In this document: one piece after another, positions 38,369 to 48,113 of the stretch
How the letters are laid out: each line of letters begins with the position of its first letter
How positions within the stretch are numbered: the stretch's first letter is position 1
Source: Ilumatobacteraceae bacterium
Lineage (GTDB): Bacteria > Actinomycetota > Acidimicrobiia > Acidimicrobiales > Ilumatobacteraceae
Length of the DNA: 50,032 bases
NCBI GenBank assembly: GCA_023257035.1
Contig: JALRDI010000147.1
Coordinates: 1 to 50,032 of the forward strand
Reading direction: 5' to 3'
Position numbers and translations under genes: made by a program
The notes under the pieces: model-generated
Database searches by the model: none
Told to the model about the DNA's origin: nothing
What the model saw: the letters and a program-made list of their open reading frames with translations, nothing else

Positions 38369-38695
38369 ATGGCTGTTGACGTCGACCTCCACGAACGTGT
38401 TCGCTCGCTGCTTGCAGGGGACATGGCAATAACGGAGCGTGCAATGTTCGGAGGGGTGGCATTTATGTGTTCGGGCAACATGGCGGTGGGAATTGTCGAC
38501 GATCGATTGATGGTGCGAGTTGGACGAGAGCATTGGGAGGCGGCGCTGGGTGAGCCTCATGTGGCCGAAATGGATTTCACGGGCCGATCGATGAAGGGAT
38601 TTATTTACGTCATGCCAGAAGGGCTTGTCGATGAGGGGTTGACGAAATGGGTCGATGCCGGCCTGCGATTCGCGTCCTCGATGCCACCGAAGTAG
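38369..38695 (+). CDS. TfoX N-terminal domain family protein
   Basis: 108 aa. ERAMFGGVAFMCSGNMAVGIVDDRLMVRV is the typical TfoX_N pattern. Confidence 0.65.
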   Translation: MAVDVDLHERVRSLLAGDMAITERAMFGGVAFMCSGNMAVGIVDDRLMVRVGREHWEAALGEPHVAEMDFTGRSMKGFIYVMPEGLVDEGLTKWVDAGLRFASSMPPK

Positions 38696-38732
38696 TCAGA
38701 GACCTCACCATGGGATGCCGTAAGGTCTGTCT

Positions 38733-39662
38733 GTGACGTACGTGGTCGTCGCCGAAAAATTGTCCCGGGGCGAGCTCATCCTGCTCGACGGTGCAACAGG
38801 TACCGAGCTGGAACGGCGCGGTGTACCAATGAACCCGAATGCGTGGTGCGGGCCATCAGTCGCTGAGCACAGTGACGTGCTGTATGACATTCATCTCGAT
38901 TATCTCAAGCTTGGTTGCGACATCATTACAGCGAACACCTTTGCGAGCGGGCCGGGAATGCTGCGGGCTGCCGGTATCGAGGACGAACATGGTGCGCTTA
39001 TCGAACAGGCAGTCACCGTTGCGAGAGCTGCGACCGCTGAGTGCAACCGAGAGGGCATGACTGCCGTCGCAGGGTCGATGTCGCACATGATTCCGGTGCT
39101 CGCCGGAACCGATGCAGTTGACCCATCTCTTGGGGACGTGCCTGAAGCATTTGAGGACGACTGCATGCGACACGCCAATGCGCTCAATACAGCCGGTGTC
39201 GACATGATTTTGCTCGAAATGATGTACCACCCCAAGCGTGCGGCGATTGCGGCCGCTGCTGCATGCTCAACTGGCCTGCCGATTTGGTTTGGTCTCAGCG
39301 TTCGGGAGGGATCGCACGGTGGCCCAATCCTGTTTGACCAACATTCAGAGCGGTCGCTCAGTGAACTATTTCCGCTACTCGACGAACGAGTCGATGCGGT
39401 CAGCATCATGCACTCGCGTGCCGACCTTGTTGAACCCGCTATCAAAGAATTACGTATCCACTGGCGGGGGCCAATCTGCGTGTACCCAGACAGCGGCCAC
39501 TTCGAAATGCCGAAGTGGAACTTCAATGACGTCATGAGTCCTCAAGCCTTCAGCGAATACGGGAGGCGCTGGCGTGAACTTGGCTGTGTTGCGGTCGGCG
39601 GCTGTTGTGGCTTAGGTCCATCTCATCTCGCCGAGTTTGCGTCGTCGATGCGTCACAGATAG
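38733..39662 (+). CDS. homocysteine S-methyltransferase family protein
   Basis: N-terminal LLDGATGTELERRG and C-terminal zinc-binding GGCCGLGPSHL. GTG start. Confidence 0.85.
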   Translation: MTYVVVAEKLSRGELILLDGATGTELERRGVPMNPNAWCGPSVAEHSDVLYDIHLDYLKLGCDIITANTFASGPGMLRAAGIEDEHGALIEQAVTVARAATAECNREGMTAVAGSMSHMIPVLAGTDAVDPSLGDVPEAFEDDCMRHANALNTAGVDMILLEMMYHPKRAAIAAAAACSTGLPIWFGLSVREGSHGGPILFDQHSERSLSELFPLLDERVDAVSIMHSRADLVEPAIKELRIHWRGPICVYPDSGHFEMPKWNFNDVMSPQAFSEYGRRWRELGCVAVGGCCGLGPSHLAEFASSMRHR

Positions 39663-39700
39663 CGCATCAACGTTTACCGGTTGAAGTACCGTCATTCGAG

Positions 39701-40864
39701 ATGGCTCAATCCAACCGATTGCCAAATTCGCCGCTGCTTGTTGGCACCATTGCGATGGGAGGATGGCTCGTCTTTATCCTCGTTCGCCTCTTGCGACTCG
39801 CCGACGGCGACGTTGGCTATTTCGTGCTCGCAGGTACCGAATTCACAGATGCTTCTGCGGGATTGCCGTTACTTGATGGCGCTGGGTACGACGGCCAATT
39901 CTTTCATCGGCTTGCGGTGAACCCATTTGATGCCGGCGATCGTGTTGCGGGAACTGTTCTTGATTCATCGTGGCGGGCAGCGCGTATTGGCTACCCATTA
40001 CTTGCTTGGATCGTCGGGTTGTCTGGCGTCCCGGCCAGCTGGGCTCTTGTCATCGTCAACCTCGCCGCAGTCACTGCACTCGGTTTCCTCGGGGGTCGGA
40101 TCGCCCGATCTGCAGGAAGGGACGCGATGTGGGGACTGCTCTTGCCGTTGTATTACGGCTTTGCTTTTTCCATTGCGCGAGATCTCTCGGAGGTAGTTGC
40201 GACAACCGCCCTAGTAGGGGGTGTGGCACTCGGAATGAATCGGCGACATGTTGTTGCCGGGTTCTGCTTTTCGTTAGCGGTGTTGTCACGAGAGACGATG
40301 GTTGCGGCAGTTTTCGCGATTGGGCTCGTTGAACTTGGGGGGATCATTCGCCGCCGTAGATCTCTCGGTTCGGTGGATGCCGTTTGGGTTCTGCCGCTGA
40401 TGTTCTTTTCGTTGTGGCAACTCGTTGTCGCATTGCTTTGGGATCGCAGTTTGTCTGACGTTGGAGGCGGCACTGGAAGCCTCAGAATTCCTGGGGCAGC
40501 GCTCCTAGAGCAGCTACCGATTGTGTTTTCCGCCAGTTATGTAGGCGATGCCACGCTCAACATCGTGCACGCTGTCGAGGTTTGCGTATTGCTCGCTGTC
40601 GTGCTTGTTGCAGTGATTGCGTGTTTCCGATCTGGTCAGCCGCGAATTCTTACCTCAGCGTTTGTTGGGCTTGCCGCAATGATGTTGACCGTTGACGTCC
40701 CAATCGGAATCTGGACTGACCGTAATGACCTGCGGATGTTCGCGGGCGTCTACGCCCTCGCGGTCATCATTCTGCTTCGAACAAAAATGCGTCTCCACCT
40801 TCTCGCGTGCATCGTTGCAGTCTGTACCGGAGCTGCTGCACTGTCATTCGTTGTTGGCGCGTGA
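39701..40864 (+). CDS. polytopic membrane protein, possible GT-C-type glycosyltransferase or surface-polymer biogenesis protein
   Basis: About 10 hydrophobic segments with an early loop GAGYDGQFFHRLAVNPFD. The family assignment is a guess. ATG 39701 is preferred to avoid overlapping the upstream gene. Confidence 0.5.
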   Translation: MAQSNRLPNSPLLVGTIAMGGWLVFILVRLLRLADGDVGYFVLAGTEFTDASAGLPLLDGAGYDGQFFHRLAVNPFDAGDRVAGTVLDSSWRAARIGYPLLAWIVGLSGVPASWALVIVNLAAVTALGFLGGRIARSAGRDAMWGLLLPLYYGFAFSIARDLSEVVATTALVGGVALGMNRRHVVAGFCFSLAVLSRETMVAAVFAIGLVELGGIIRRRRSLGSVDAVWVLPLMFFSLWQLVVALLWDRSLSDVGGGTGSLRIPGAALLEQLPIVFSASYVGDATLNIVHAVEVCVLLAVVLVAVIACFRSGQPRILTSAFVGLAAMMLTVDVPIGIWTDRNDLRMFAGVYALAVIILLRTKMRLHLLACIVAVCTGAAALSFVVGA

Positions 40865-40912
40865 TGAAGCTCTGACAGCGAGTAACACCTTGCAGATGAT
40901 TACGTTTCGAAC

Positions 40913-42307
40913 GTGACTCAGACCGTGGCTCAAGAGCCCAAACGTTCCACCAACCCGTGGTTGACGTTTTGGCTCTGTGGCACCGCAACATTCATTGGCA
41001 CGCTCGACTTTTCGGTCGTCAACGTTGCGTTCATCGAAATTGAACGCGCCTTCCTAGGTGTCTCACGGGCGACGATCTCGTGGACGGTGACCGCGTACAG
41101 CATCTTCTACGGTTCGCTGCTCATCGTGTCCGGCCGCACCGCTGATCGCATCGGTCGCAAGCGAGTGTTCTCTGCAGGGGTGTCGGTATTTCTACTGGGG
41201 TCGGTGGTCTGCGCATTTGCCCCGAGCATCGCAGTACTCATCATTGGCCGAGCCGCCCAAGGAATGGGCGCAGCGATGCTGACTCCGTCCGCGCTCGGAA
41301 TGATGATTGCCGCATTCCCTCCTGAGCGAAGAAGCCAGATGGTCGCCTGGAATACCGCGATGGCAGCTCTCGGCGTTGCGACTGGCCCCACATTTGGAGC
41401 GCTGCTGATTGGAGCATTCGATTGGCGAGCGGCATTCTGGGTGAACATCCCGATCTGTCTTGGCGTGCTCGTACTCGTTCGCCGAGTACACGCACCGCCT
41501 CCGGTTGATCGAGGCCCGGTACCAGACGTGGTTGCTGCGATGCTGCTGACCGTCGCAGTCGGTGCAACGGTGTGGGGAATCGCCGAGACCGAAGTCGTTG
41601 GGGTGACTGACATCAAGGTGTGGGGAGCATTGCTGATTGCTGTCGTGTTTGCTGGCTTCGTTGTACATCGAACTCGAACACGTGAGTTTCCGTTACTGCC
41701 CCGAGTGATGTTCCGAAACCGTTCGATGAACCTCGCCAACATTGCAATGGTGATCTGGGGTGGGGCATTTTCAGGCAACATTTTGAACAACGTGCTCTTT
41801 CTTCGAACCGAATGGAAGTACGGAATTGTTGCTGCCGGGCTGCTCTCAGTGTTGTCGCCGATCACGGTCGCTTCGACATCGTTTATCGTCGGCCGAAATA
41901 TGTCTCGGCTCGGTCTCCGCAATCTGTTGATATTCGGTTCGGTATGTTTCCTTTGCTGTCAACTCGGGTTCTTGTTTCTTGTCGATTCGACACGAGCACC
42001 GTGGTCAATCTGGCTACCGCTGATGTTCTTGCTCGGAATAGGAATTGGGTGCGCATCACCAGCGATTGCTGCGTCAGCAGTACAACATGCGCCACCTGAG
42101 CAACTTGCGCTTGCCGGTGCGTTGAACAGCACGTGTCGACAAATCGGTGCTGCGCTTGGAGTTGCAGTACTCGTTGCAGTTCAACTCACCTCCGAAGGGC
42201 TCGGAAGTTTCCGGGCGGGATGGGTGACGATGGCCGTGTTCGCAGCGGTGAGCGGAGCGATTTCTGTGTGGCAACCTCGTCAGCGTCTTGAGGTCGCCGC
42301 AGCATGA
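40913..42307 (+). CDS. MFS transporter, 14-TM DHA2 (EmrB/QacA-like)
   Basis: 464 aa with motif A GRTADRIGRKRVF and about 14 hydrophobic segments. GTG start. Confidence 0.85.
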   Translation: MTQTVAQEPKRSTNPWLTFWLCGTATFIGTLDFSVVNVAFIEIERAFLGVSRATISWTVTAYSIFYGSLLIVSGRTADRIGRKRVFSAGVSVFLLGSVVCAFAPSIAVLIIGRAAQGMGAAMLTPSALGMMIAAFPPERRSQMVAWNTAMAALGVATGPTFGALLIGAFDWRAAFWVNIPICLGVLVLVRRVHAPPPVDRGPVPDVVAAMLLTVAVGATVWGIAETEVVGVTDIKVWGALLIAVVFAGFVVHRTRTREFPLLPRVMFRNRSMNLANIAMVIWGGAFSGNILNNVLFLRTEWKYGIVAAGLLSVLSPITVASTSFIVGRNMSRLGLRNLLIFGSVCFLCCQLGFLFLVDSTRAPWSIWLPLMFLLGIGIGCASPAIAASAVQHAPPEQLALAGALNSTCRQIGAALGVAVLVAVQLTSEGLGSFRAGWVTMAVFAAVSGAISVWQPRQRLEVAAA

Positions 42308-42321
42308 CCTAACGTCGGATT

Positions 42322-44148
42322 ATGGGCTCGACACCGACCATCTTCCTCGCCCGTTCGTTCATCACCATGGACGACGCCGTACCACGAGCGTCTGCCGTGG
42401 CTGTTGAAGATGGAGTCATCGTCGCCGTTGGTGAGCTCAATGATGTCGTAGACGCCGTTGGTCCGAACCACACGATTGACGAGACCTTCGCTGAGCACAC
42501 GGTGATCACAGGATTCATCGATCAACACCTTCATCCGTTTCTTGCCGCGAGCACGTTGACGACCGAGATCATCGCTCCAGAAGATTGGGTGCTCCCAGAG
42601 CGTGTTCATCCGGCCGCATCGACCCCAGTGGAATTCGATGAGCGGTTGGTGGCAGCGCACGACCGTCTAGATGATGGGGAGTGGCTGTTCTCGTGGGGTT
42701 ATCACTCGCTATGGCACGGCGATCTCAGTCGACAGCGCCTCGATGCTCTTGTCGGCGATCGGCCATGCGCAATCTGGCAGCGGTCGGTGCATGAGTGGTA
42801 CATCAATTCCGCGGCTACTGAAGCGCTCGGAATTACCCCTGAACTCATGTCAGGTTGGGGTCTCGCAAGTGAACAACTTGATGTTGATCGCGGCCACTAT
42901 TGGGAAAACGGATGGATGCTTGCCCTTGGCCGTTACCTCATGCCGGTGTTTCTCACCGAAGAACGAATGAGGGTTGGGCTTCACCAGCTCATCGAGTACC
43001 TCCATATGAATGGGGTAACGGCGATTAATGAGCCGGGCATCTACTGGGCGATCGAACCATGGGATATGTACCAAGAAATCCTTGGAGCCGAAGATGTGCC
43101 GTTCTACTCAACCTTCATGGTGGAAGGACGAACGCAGCCGGTGCGACGTGTCGAGGGTGAGGCAGCATTGAACGAATCGAAAACGCGTATCGCTGAGGCG
43201 GGTACGACTGACAAAGTTGCGATGCTCGACCGCCATGTAAAGCTGTTCTGCGACGGTGCGATCGTCAGCCAACTCATGCAGATGGCCGAGCCGTATCTCG
43301 ACGAACATGGGCGACCAGACCCTCACCACCATGGCGAATGGATGATGGAACCAGAAGATCTCCGGAAGGCATTCGACACCTACTGGGATGATGATTGGCA
43401 GATCCACATTCATGTCAACGGCGACCTTGGTCTCGAAGTGTTGGTCGAAATCATCGAAGACGCGCAACGCCGCCACCCTCGTGACGACCACCGCACGGTC
43501 ATCGTGCACTTCGCAAACTCAACTGAAGCACTCATCGACCGGATTGCAGCGACCGGTTCAATCGTTTCGGCGAACCCGTATTATCCGGTCGGCTTCGCCG
43601 ATCGATATGGGGCGTGGGGTCTCGGCCCAGAGCGAGCCGACAACATGGTTCGCGCCGCATCGGTCTTGCAACGAGACATCCCATTCTCGTATCACTCCGA
43701 TTTGCCGATCTGTGCGAGCGACCCATTGGCGATGGCTTCGTGGGGGGTGAATCGCATTACTGAGTCGGGTCGAGTTGCTGCTCCGGAGCAACGCATCTCG
43801 GTGCATGACGCCTTAAGGGCAATCACGATTGAAAGCGCCTTTTCTTGGCGTCGAGAACATGACCTCGGTTCGATCAGCATTGGGAAGAAGGCGAACTTCA
43901 CCGTGCTCGCTGATGACCCCTACGAGGTCGACAACCTCGACATGGCTGGAATTCGTGTGCTCGGCACAGTCTTCGCTGGCAAGTGGTACCCGGTGCCCAC
44001 TGATCGTGCCGATCGGCGCGTTGCAGGGCACCGAGGAGCAGACGTTGTCAGCTTGTTCGAGCACGGTGCATGTAGCTCACCCGGGCATCTATGCGGCTGC
44101 GAGGTTGCGGAATACCTCGCAGGAGTATTTACGCGGTTGCCCGCCTAG
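42322..44148 (+). CDS. amidohydrolase-3 family metal-dependent hydrolase (YtcJ-like) with Cys/His-rich C-terminal extension
   Basis: GFIDQHLHPF (HxH), HIHVNGD and VHFANS are amidohydrolase motifs. The last ~50 aa contain HGACSSPGHLCGCE. Confidence 0.8.
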   Translation: MGSTPTIFLARSFITMDDAVPRASAVAVEDGVIVAVGELNDVVDAVGPNHTIDETFAEHTVITGFIDQHLHPFLAASTLTTEIIAPEDWVLPERVHPAASTPVEFDERLVAAHDRLDDGEWLFSWGYHSLWHGDLSRQRLDALVGDRPCAIWQRSVHEWYINSAATEALGITPELMSGWGLASEQLDVDRGHYWENGWMLALGRYLMPVFLTEERMRVGLHQLIEYLHMNGVTAINEPGIYWAIEPWDMYQEILGAEDVPFYSTFMVEGRTQPVRRVEGEAALNESKTRIAEAGTTDKVAMLDRHVKLFCDGAIVSQLMQMAEPYLDEHGRPDPHHHGEWMMEPEDLRKAFDTYWDDDWQIHIHVNGDLGLEVLVEIIEDAQRRHPRDDHRTVIVHFANSTEALIDRIAATGSIVSANPYYPVGFADRYGAWGLGPERADNMVRAASVLQRDIPFSYHSDLPICASDPLAMASWGVNRITESGRVAAPEQRISVHDALRAITIESAFSWRREHDLGSISIGKKANFTVLADDPYEVDNLDMAGIRVLGTVFAGKWYPVPTDRADRRVAGHRGADVVSLFEHGACSSPGHLCGCEVAEYLAGVFTRLPA

Positions 44149-44746
44149 CGGGTTTTGCTCCCGTTGGTGCTGTGAACTTCGTGAAGAACGGAATGGCCTG
44201 ATGGGCGATTGGGCCGATCGCAACCGCGAACAGCACGGTTCCGATACCGATTGAGCCACCGAGGATGATGCCGCTCACAAGCACGATCGCTTCGATAATC
44301 GTCCGCACTACTCGAACCGAGTGCCCGCGGGCAGCGAGGCCTGTCATCAAACCATCGCGTGGGCCAGACCCAAAGCGAGCGCCGAGATAGAACCCGGTTG
44401 CAACACCGTTGACGAAGATGCCAACAACGAGAAAGCCAATCCGGAGGGTCATTGATGACAGCGACTCAGGCAAGACCCACAGTGAGAGGTCGACCCAAAC
44501 GCCGACAAGCACTGCATTCGCAAGTGTTCCGATGCCGGGTCGCTCGCGAATTGGAATCCAGAGCAACACCACAGCGAAACTTGTCGCAACGATCACGGTG
44601 CCAAGCGACCAGCCGATTTGCTGAGAAACACCTTGATGGAACACATCCCACGGAGCGAGACCGAGATCGGCGCGTACGACAAGGCCGAGACTAAACCCGA
44701 AAAACGCAAGCCCTGCCATCAAGAAGAACCAGCGTCGAAAGAGCAC
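44129..44746 (-). CDS. YczE/YitT-like membrane protein
   Basis: FFLMAGLAFFGFSLGLVVRADLGLAPWDVFHQGVSQ matches the family N-terminus. 5-6 TM segments. The 3' end overlaps the convergent amidohydrolase gene by 20 nt. Confidence 0.65.
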   Translation of the reverse strand: MLFRRWFFLMAGLAFFGFSLGLVVRADLGLAPWDVFHQGVSQQIGWSLGTVIVATSFAVVLLWIPIRERPGIGTLANAVLVGVWVDLSLWVLPESLSSMTLRIGFLVVGIFVNGVATGFYLGARFGSGPRDGLMTGLAARGHSVRVVRTIIEAIVLVSGIILGGSIGIGTVLFAVAIGPIAHQAIPFFTKFTAPTGAKPARRATA

Positions 44747-44780
44747 GGGACGAGGCTATGAGCCGAAGTGAGCGATACCT

Positions 44781-45848
44781 CTACGCAAGCGCGAGGGCCT
44801 GCGCGACGTCAGTGATGACGGCTTCTTTCTCATCGAGCGGCGGCAACAGAATGATCTGGTCGAGTCCGGCGTCTTCGAGCTCGCCAATTTTCTTCTGTAA
44901 CTCACTCGCAGTTCCGACGAGGCAGGTCCTGTCAATGAGTTCAGGCGTCACGAAGCGTTCCTCTTCGGGGACCACCCAGCAGTTGTGGCCGAGGTGAGTT
45001 CGTAGGTGACGACGCTCAGGCGGGGTCTTTTCAAGTTCGGTCACATAGTCGCCCCAGATATCTGACAAATATTCAGGGGGACGGCGACCGAACTGCTGAA
45101 CTTGCTCATAGGAATAATGGAGGCTTGAAATTGCAAACGCTCCGGTCTGACGCCGAACCCGTTCGCTATCGAGCGACTCGCCGTCTTCAAGAACCAGCAC
45201 AGTCGTCAACGTCGTGATCGGGAAGGTCTCACGGTCGATGTGGCGACCAACCTCATCGGCGGCTTGTTCGAGGCGTTGACGGGCATATTGAACGGCTGCC
45301 GGTTGAGGAGGGACTGAGGTGACGAGTCCATCACCGTGAAGCGCTGCCAGACGCATTGCTTTCGGGCCGAACGCCGACACCCACATCGGGATCCGCGGCT
45401 CGAATCGAACAAAACCGCTGTCAGGCATGAGGTGTCGTGTTGGAGCCGTTCGTCCTCTGAACTCAAACTCAACCTCGTTGCCGTCGAGGAAGTTGCGAAG
45501 GTCACTGAGATATCGATCGAACTCTGCAATGCGCATTGGTGGGTGGCCCATGATTCGCATTGCGGTATTTCCAGTGCCGATTCCGCAGAAGACTCGACCA
45601 GGAGCAATCTCGTTAATCGTTGCGTGAGCGGCAGCGGTGATCGGAGCGGGACGCGTCGGAGCGACAGCAACACCGGTACCTAACTTCATCGTGGTCGTTG
45701 CGGTCGCAGCAAGAGCCATAAAGGCATAGACATCCGACCAAATCATCTGGCTGTCAGCGGCCCACATATGTGAGTAGCCAAGCCGCTCGGCAAGCTGAAC
45801 GTAACCAATATCGGACGGTCGTGATGCGACGCAGATGCCAAATTCCAT
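44781..45848 (-). CDS. LLM-class flavin/F420-dependent oxidoreductase
   Basis: MEFGICVASRPSDIGYVQLAERLGYSHMWAADSQMIWSDVYA...GTGVAVAPTRPAPITAAA is an LLM TIM-barrel pattern. ATG 45848 is preferred over 45962. Confidence 0.8.
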   Translation of the reverse strand: MEFGICVASRPSDIGYVQLAERLGYSHMWAADSQMIWSDVYAFMALAATATTTMKLGTGVAVAPTRPAPITAAAHATINEIAPGRVFCGIGTGNTAMRIMGHPPMRIAEFDRYLSDLRNFLDGNEVEFEFRGRTAPTRHLMPDSGFVRFEPRIPMWVSAFGPKAMRLAALHGDGLVTSVPPQPAAVQYARQRLEQAADEVGRHIDRETFPITTLTTVLVLEDGESLDSERVRRQTGAFAISSLHYSYEQVQQFGRRPPEYLSDIWGDYVTELEKTPPERRHLRTHLGHNCWVVPEEERFVTPELIDRTCLVGTASELQKKIGELEDAGLDQIILLPPLDEKEAVITDVAQALALA

Positions 45849-45992
45849 GTGTCGATTGTGGTGAACTCCGATCCCTTTCTCCGAGTCGGTCGTCAAGTTG
45901 ATACTGCCGTTGTCAATATTGGAAACGAACAATTCGTCTCGGCGTATTGTCGGACTCACCATCGCGAGAACGGGGTTATTACGGTCAGTGCG

Positions 45993-46382
45993 ATGGAACA
46001 GTCGCCGTCATTCCCTCTGCAAGAGATGCTGGGTTTCACCATCGACAAAGCCGATGGCTCAGCAACTGCGACGTTGGTGGCTGACGAACGCCATCTCAAC
46101 CCCCACGGGATGCTCCATGGCGGAATTCCCTTCACCATGCTCGACACAGCGATGGGGGCAGCGGTGATGACCGTCGTCCCTGAAGGCTTCTGGTGCACCA
46201 CAGTTGATATTCACACCCGGTTCCTTCGCCCCTGTGGGCTCGGGGACATCACCGCAACTGCGACCGTGCGCCGTGCCGGTCGACGGGTGGTTCACGTAGA
46301 CGCAGTTGTCACTGACGCCGAGGGTCGCGAGGTCGTGAGTGCAGCGGGGACGTTCGCCGTGATTGAAATTCCTTCCGAATAG
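45993..46382 (+). CDS. PaaI-family hotdog-fold thioesterase
   Basis: LNPHGMLHGGIPFTMLDTAMGAA motif; about 130 aa from ATG 45993. Confidence 0.8.
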   Translation: MEQSPSFPLQEMLGFTIDKADGSATATLVADERHLNPHGMLHGGIPFTMLDTAMGAAVMTVVPEGFWCTTVDIHTRFLRPCGLGDITATATVRRAGRRVVHVDAVVTDAEGREVVSAAGTFAVIEIPSE

Positions 46383-46456
46383 CCACCCTCCCTGAGCATT
46401 CTTGCCACAAGTCGGCCAGTAACAGTCTTTCGAGCATCGAAGGACAAACTGGATGC

Positions 46457-47323
46457 ATGAACGCAGCGAACAGCACTCAACAGGTTGCAATCATCACCGG
46501 AGGTGGCGGCGGTATCGGACGAGCGGCTGCAGAACGTTTCCTCCACGAGGGGTGGTCGGTCGTCGTGGGTGACCTCAACGAAGAACGGGGCGCAACGTTG
46601 CTGTCAGAAATCGATGCCGGGGACCGGCTTGCATTTCTTCCAGTAGACGTCGCTGAAGAAACAGACGTTGCGGCGCTCGTTGAACTCACAATGAACCGGT
46701 ACGGCCGTGTCGACTCAATGGTGAACAATGCAGGAGTTGGTGGAGCCTTTGGCCCGATTACCGAACAAGAGGTCGAAGAGTGGGACGCGACATTTGCAAT
46801 CAACATGCGCTCAGTCTTTCTCGGCACCAAACATGCCGCCCGGGCAATGATCGGGCTCGGCAATGGCGGCACCATCGTCAACACCGCCAGCGTTGCCGGT
46901 ATGTCGGGTGGCGGAGGCCCGCAGGCGTATTCGGCAACGAAGTCTGGTGTGATCTCGCTGACCATGACGACAGCGGCTGAACTTGCTGAACATCGAATTC
47001 GTGTCAATGCAGTGTGCCCGGGAGCGATTTACACCGAGTTGCTCACTCGAGGTAAGCCCGAACGAACCGACTCATGGCGTGCAGAGATTCAGCCGTGGCC
47101 AGATCGCGGCGACGCAACTGCGATTGCGGACGTGATGTATTGGCTCTCCACCAATGAGTCACGCTTTGTAACCGGACAATGCGTCGTCGCCGACGGCGGC
47201 CTTTTGGCAGCTGCGCCACGCCTCATTGATCACGAGTTCAAGAACATGAAAACCATGTCCGGTATTGCTTATGGCAACACGGGTAGGGCTCCCGAGGTTC
47301 GCCGGTTCGTTGACGGCGAATAG
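46457..47323 (+). CDS. short-chain dehydrogenase/reductase
   Basis: ITGGGGGIGRAAA, NNAG and YSATKSG motifs. Confidence 0.9.
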   Translation: MNAANSTQQVAIITGGGGGIGRAAAERFLHEGWSVVVGDLNEERGATLLSEIDAGDRLAFLPVDVAEETDVAALVELTMNRYGRVDSMVNNAGVGGAFGPITEQEVEEWDATFAINMRSVFLGTKHAARAMIGLGNGGTIVNTASVAGMSGGGGPQAYSATKSGVISLTMTTAAELAEHRIRVNAVCPGAIYTELLTRGKPERTDSWRAEIQPWPDRGDATAIADVMYWLSTNESRFVTGQCVVADGGLLAAAPRLIDHEFKNMKTMSGIAYGNTGRAPEVRRFVDGE

Positions 47324-47344
47324 AGCGTGTGAACATCTAGACCT

Positions 47345-48085
47345 ATGAGTGCTCAAGACACAATTTCAGCAATCGCGCAGAAGACCGGCGACATTGGTGC
47401 CGCCTTCTACTTCACTCCAGAGACGACAGGCCGAGGCAAAGAGTTTGGCCTCGGCGGTTTCTACTTCTATGTCATCGGTCGCGGCGGTGTACTCGGAGAT
47501 GTCGAGCCGGCGGTCGTGCACTCTGCCTTCGGGTACTTCAACCCAGGAATGATCGAAAAGCTGTGGAATGGCGCTCGTGAGAAAATTGCCCCACGCGATG
47601 CCGCTCGTGAATACATTGCGTGTGCCCACGCACACGGCCGTGCGCATTTAAGCGGAATTGATGGCCTCGATGCATACGTCGCAGCGGTACAGAAAATCTT
47701 CGACGCCATCGACGATTCATCGTTCGCTCTGTTTGCCGGTCTGAAAGCAGAGCCAGTTCCGAGTGATGCCCCAGCGGCGGCCTTCCATCAGGCAATGGTG
47801 CTTCGTGAACTTCGCGGAAGCGCTCACCTCACTGCCATTGCCGCAGTCGGCTTGCCGTCAGTCGTCGCTCACGCGATCAAGCGCCCAAATGATGTCGCGA
47901 CGTTTGGTTGGGCTGAGGGTGAAGTTGCTGAGCCAACCGCTGACGACATTGCGAAACGGGATCGCGCCGAGGAAATGACGAACGAGATCCTGGAATCTGC
48001 ATTCGCGGTCCTGACTGACGATGAGTCAGCAGCTCTTATCGCTGGAACGAATGCAATGCACGCCGCGCTGACAGGCGCTGGCTGA
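47345..48085 (+). CDS. conserved hypothetical protein (helical, actinobacterial-type)
   Basis: 246-aa ORF whose codon usage looks by eye like that of its neighbours. The FYFTPETTGRGKEFGLGGFYFYVIGRGGVLGDV pattern has no assignable function. Confidence 0.55.
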   Translation: MSAQDTISAIAQKTGDIGAAFYFTPETTGRGKEFGLGGFYFYVIGRGGVLGDVEPAVVHSAFGYFNPGMIEKLWNGAREKIAPRDAAREYIACAHAHGRAHLSGIDGLDAYVAAVQKIFDAIDDSSFALFAGLKAEPVPSDAPAAAFHQAMVLRELRGSAHLTAIAAVGLPSVVAHAIKRPNDVATFGWAEGEVAEPTADDIAKRDRAEEMTNEILESAFAVLTDDESAALIAGTNAMHAALTGAG

Positions 48086-48096
48086 GCCTGGCGCAG

Positions 48097-48113
48097 TCGG
48101 GGCTACGCCCCGA
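48097..48113. terminator. short hairpin between convergent genes
   Basis: TCGGGGC-TAC-GCCCCGA, a 7-bp stem spanning the manA stop codon (48103-48105). No U-tract. Confidence 0.3.

Noticed and set aside
45849-45992. ORF-track start 45849 for the thioesterase and a CAATATTG palindrome in the divergent region.
   Set aside because: The N-terminal extension overlaps the divergent promoter region and is not thioesterase-like. The 8-bp palindrome is too short to treat as an operator, and no regulator gene is nearby.
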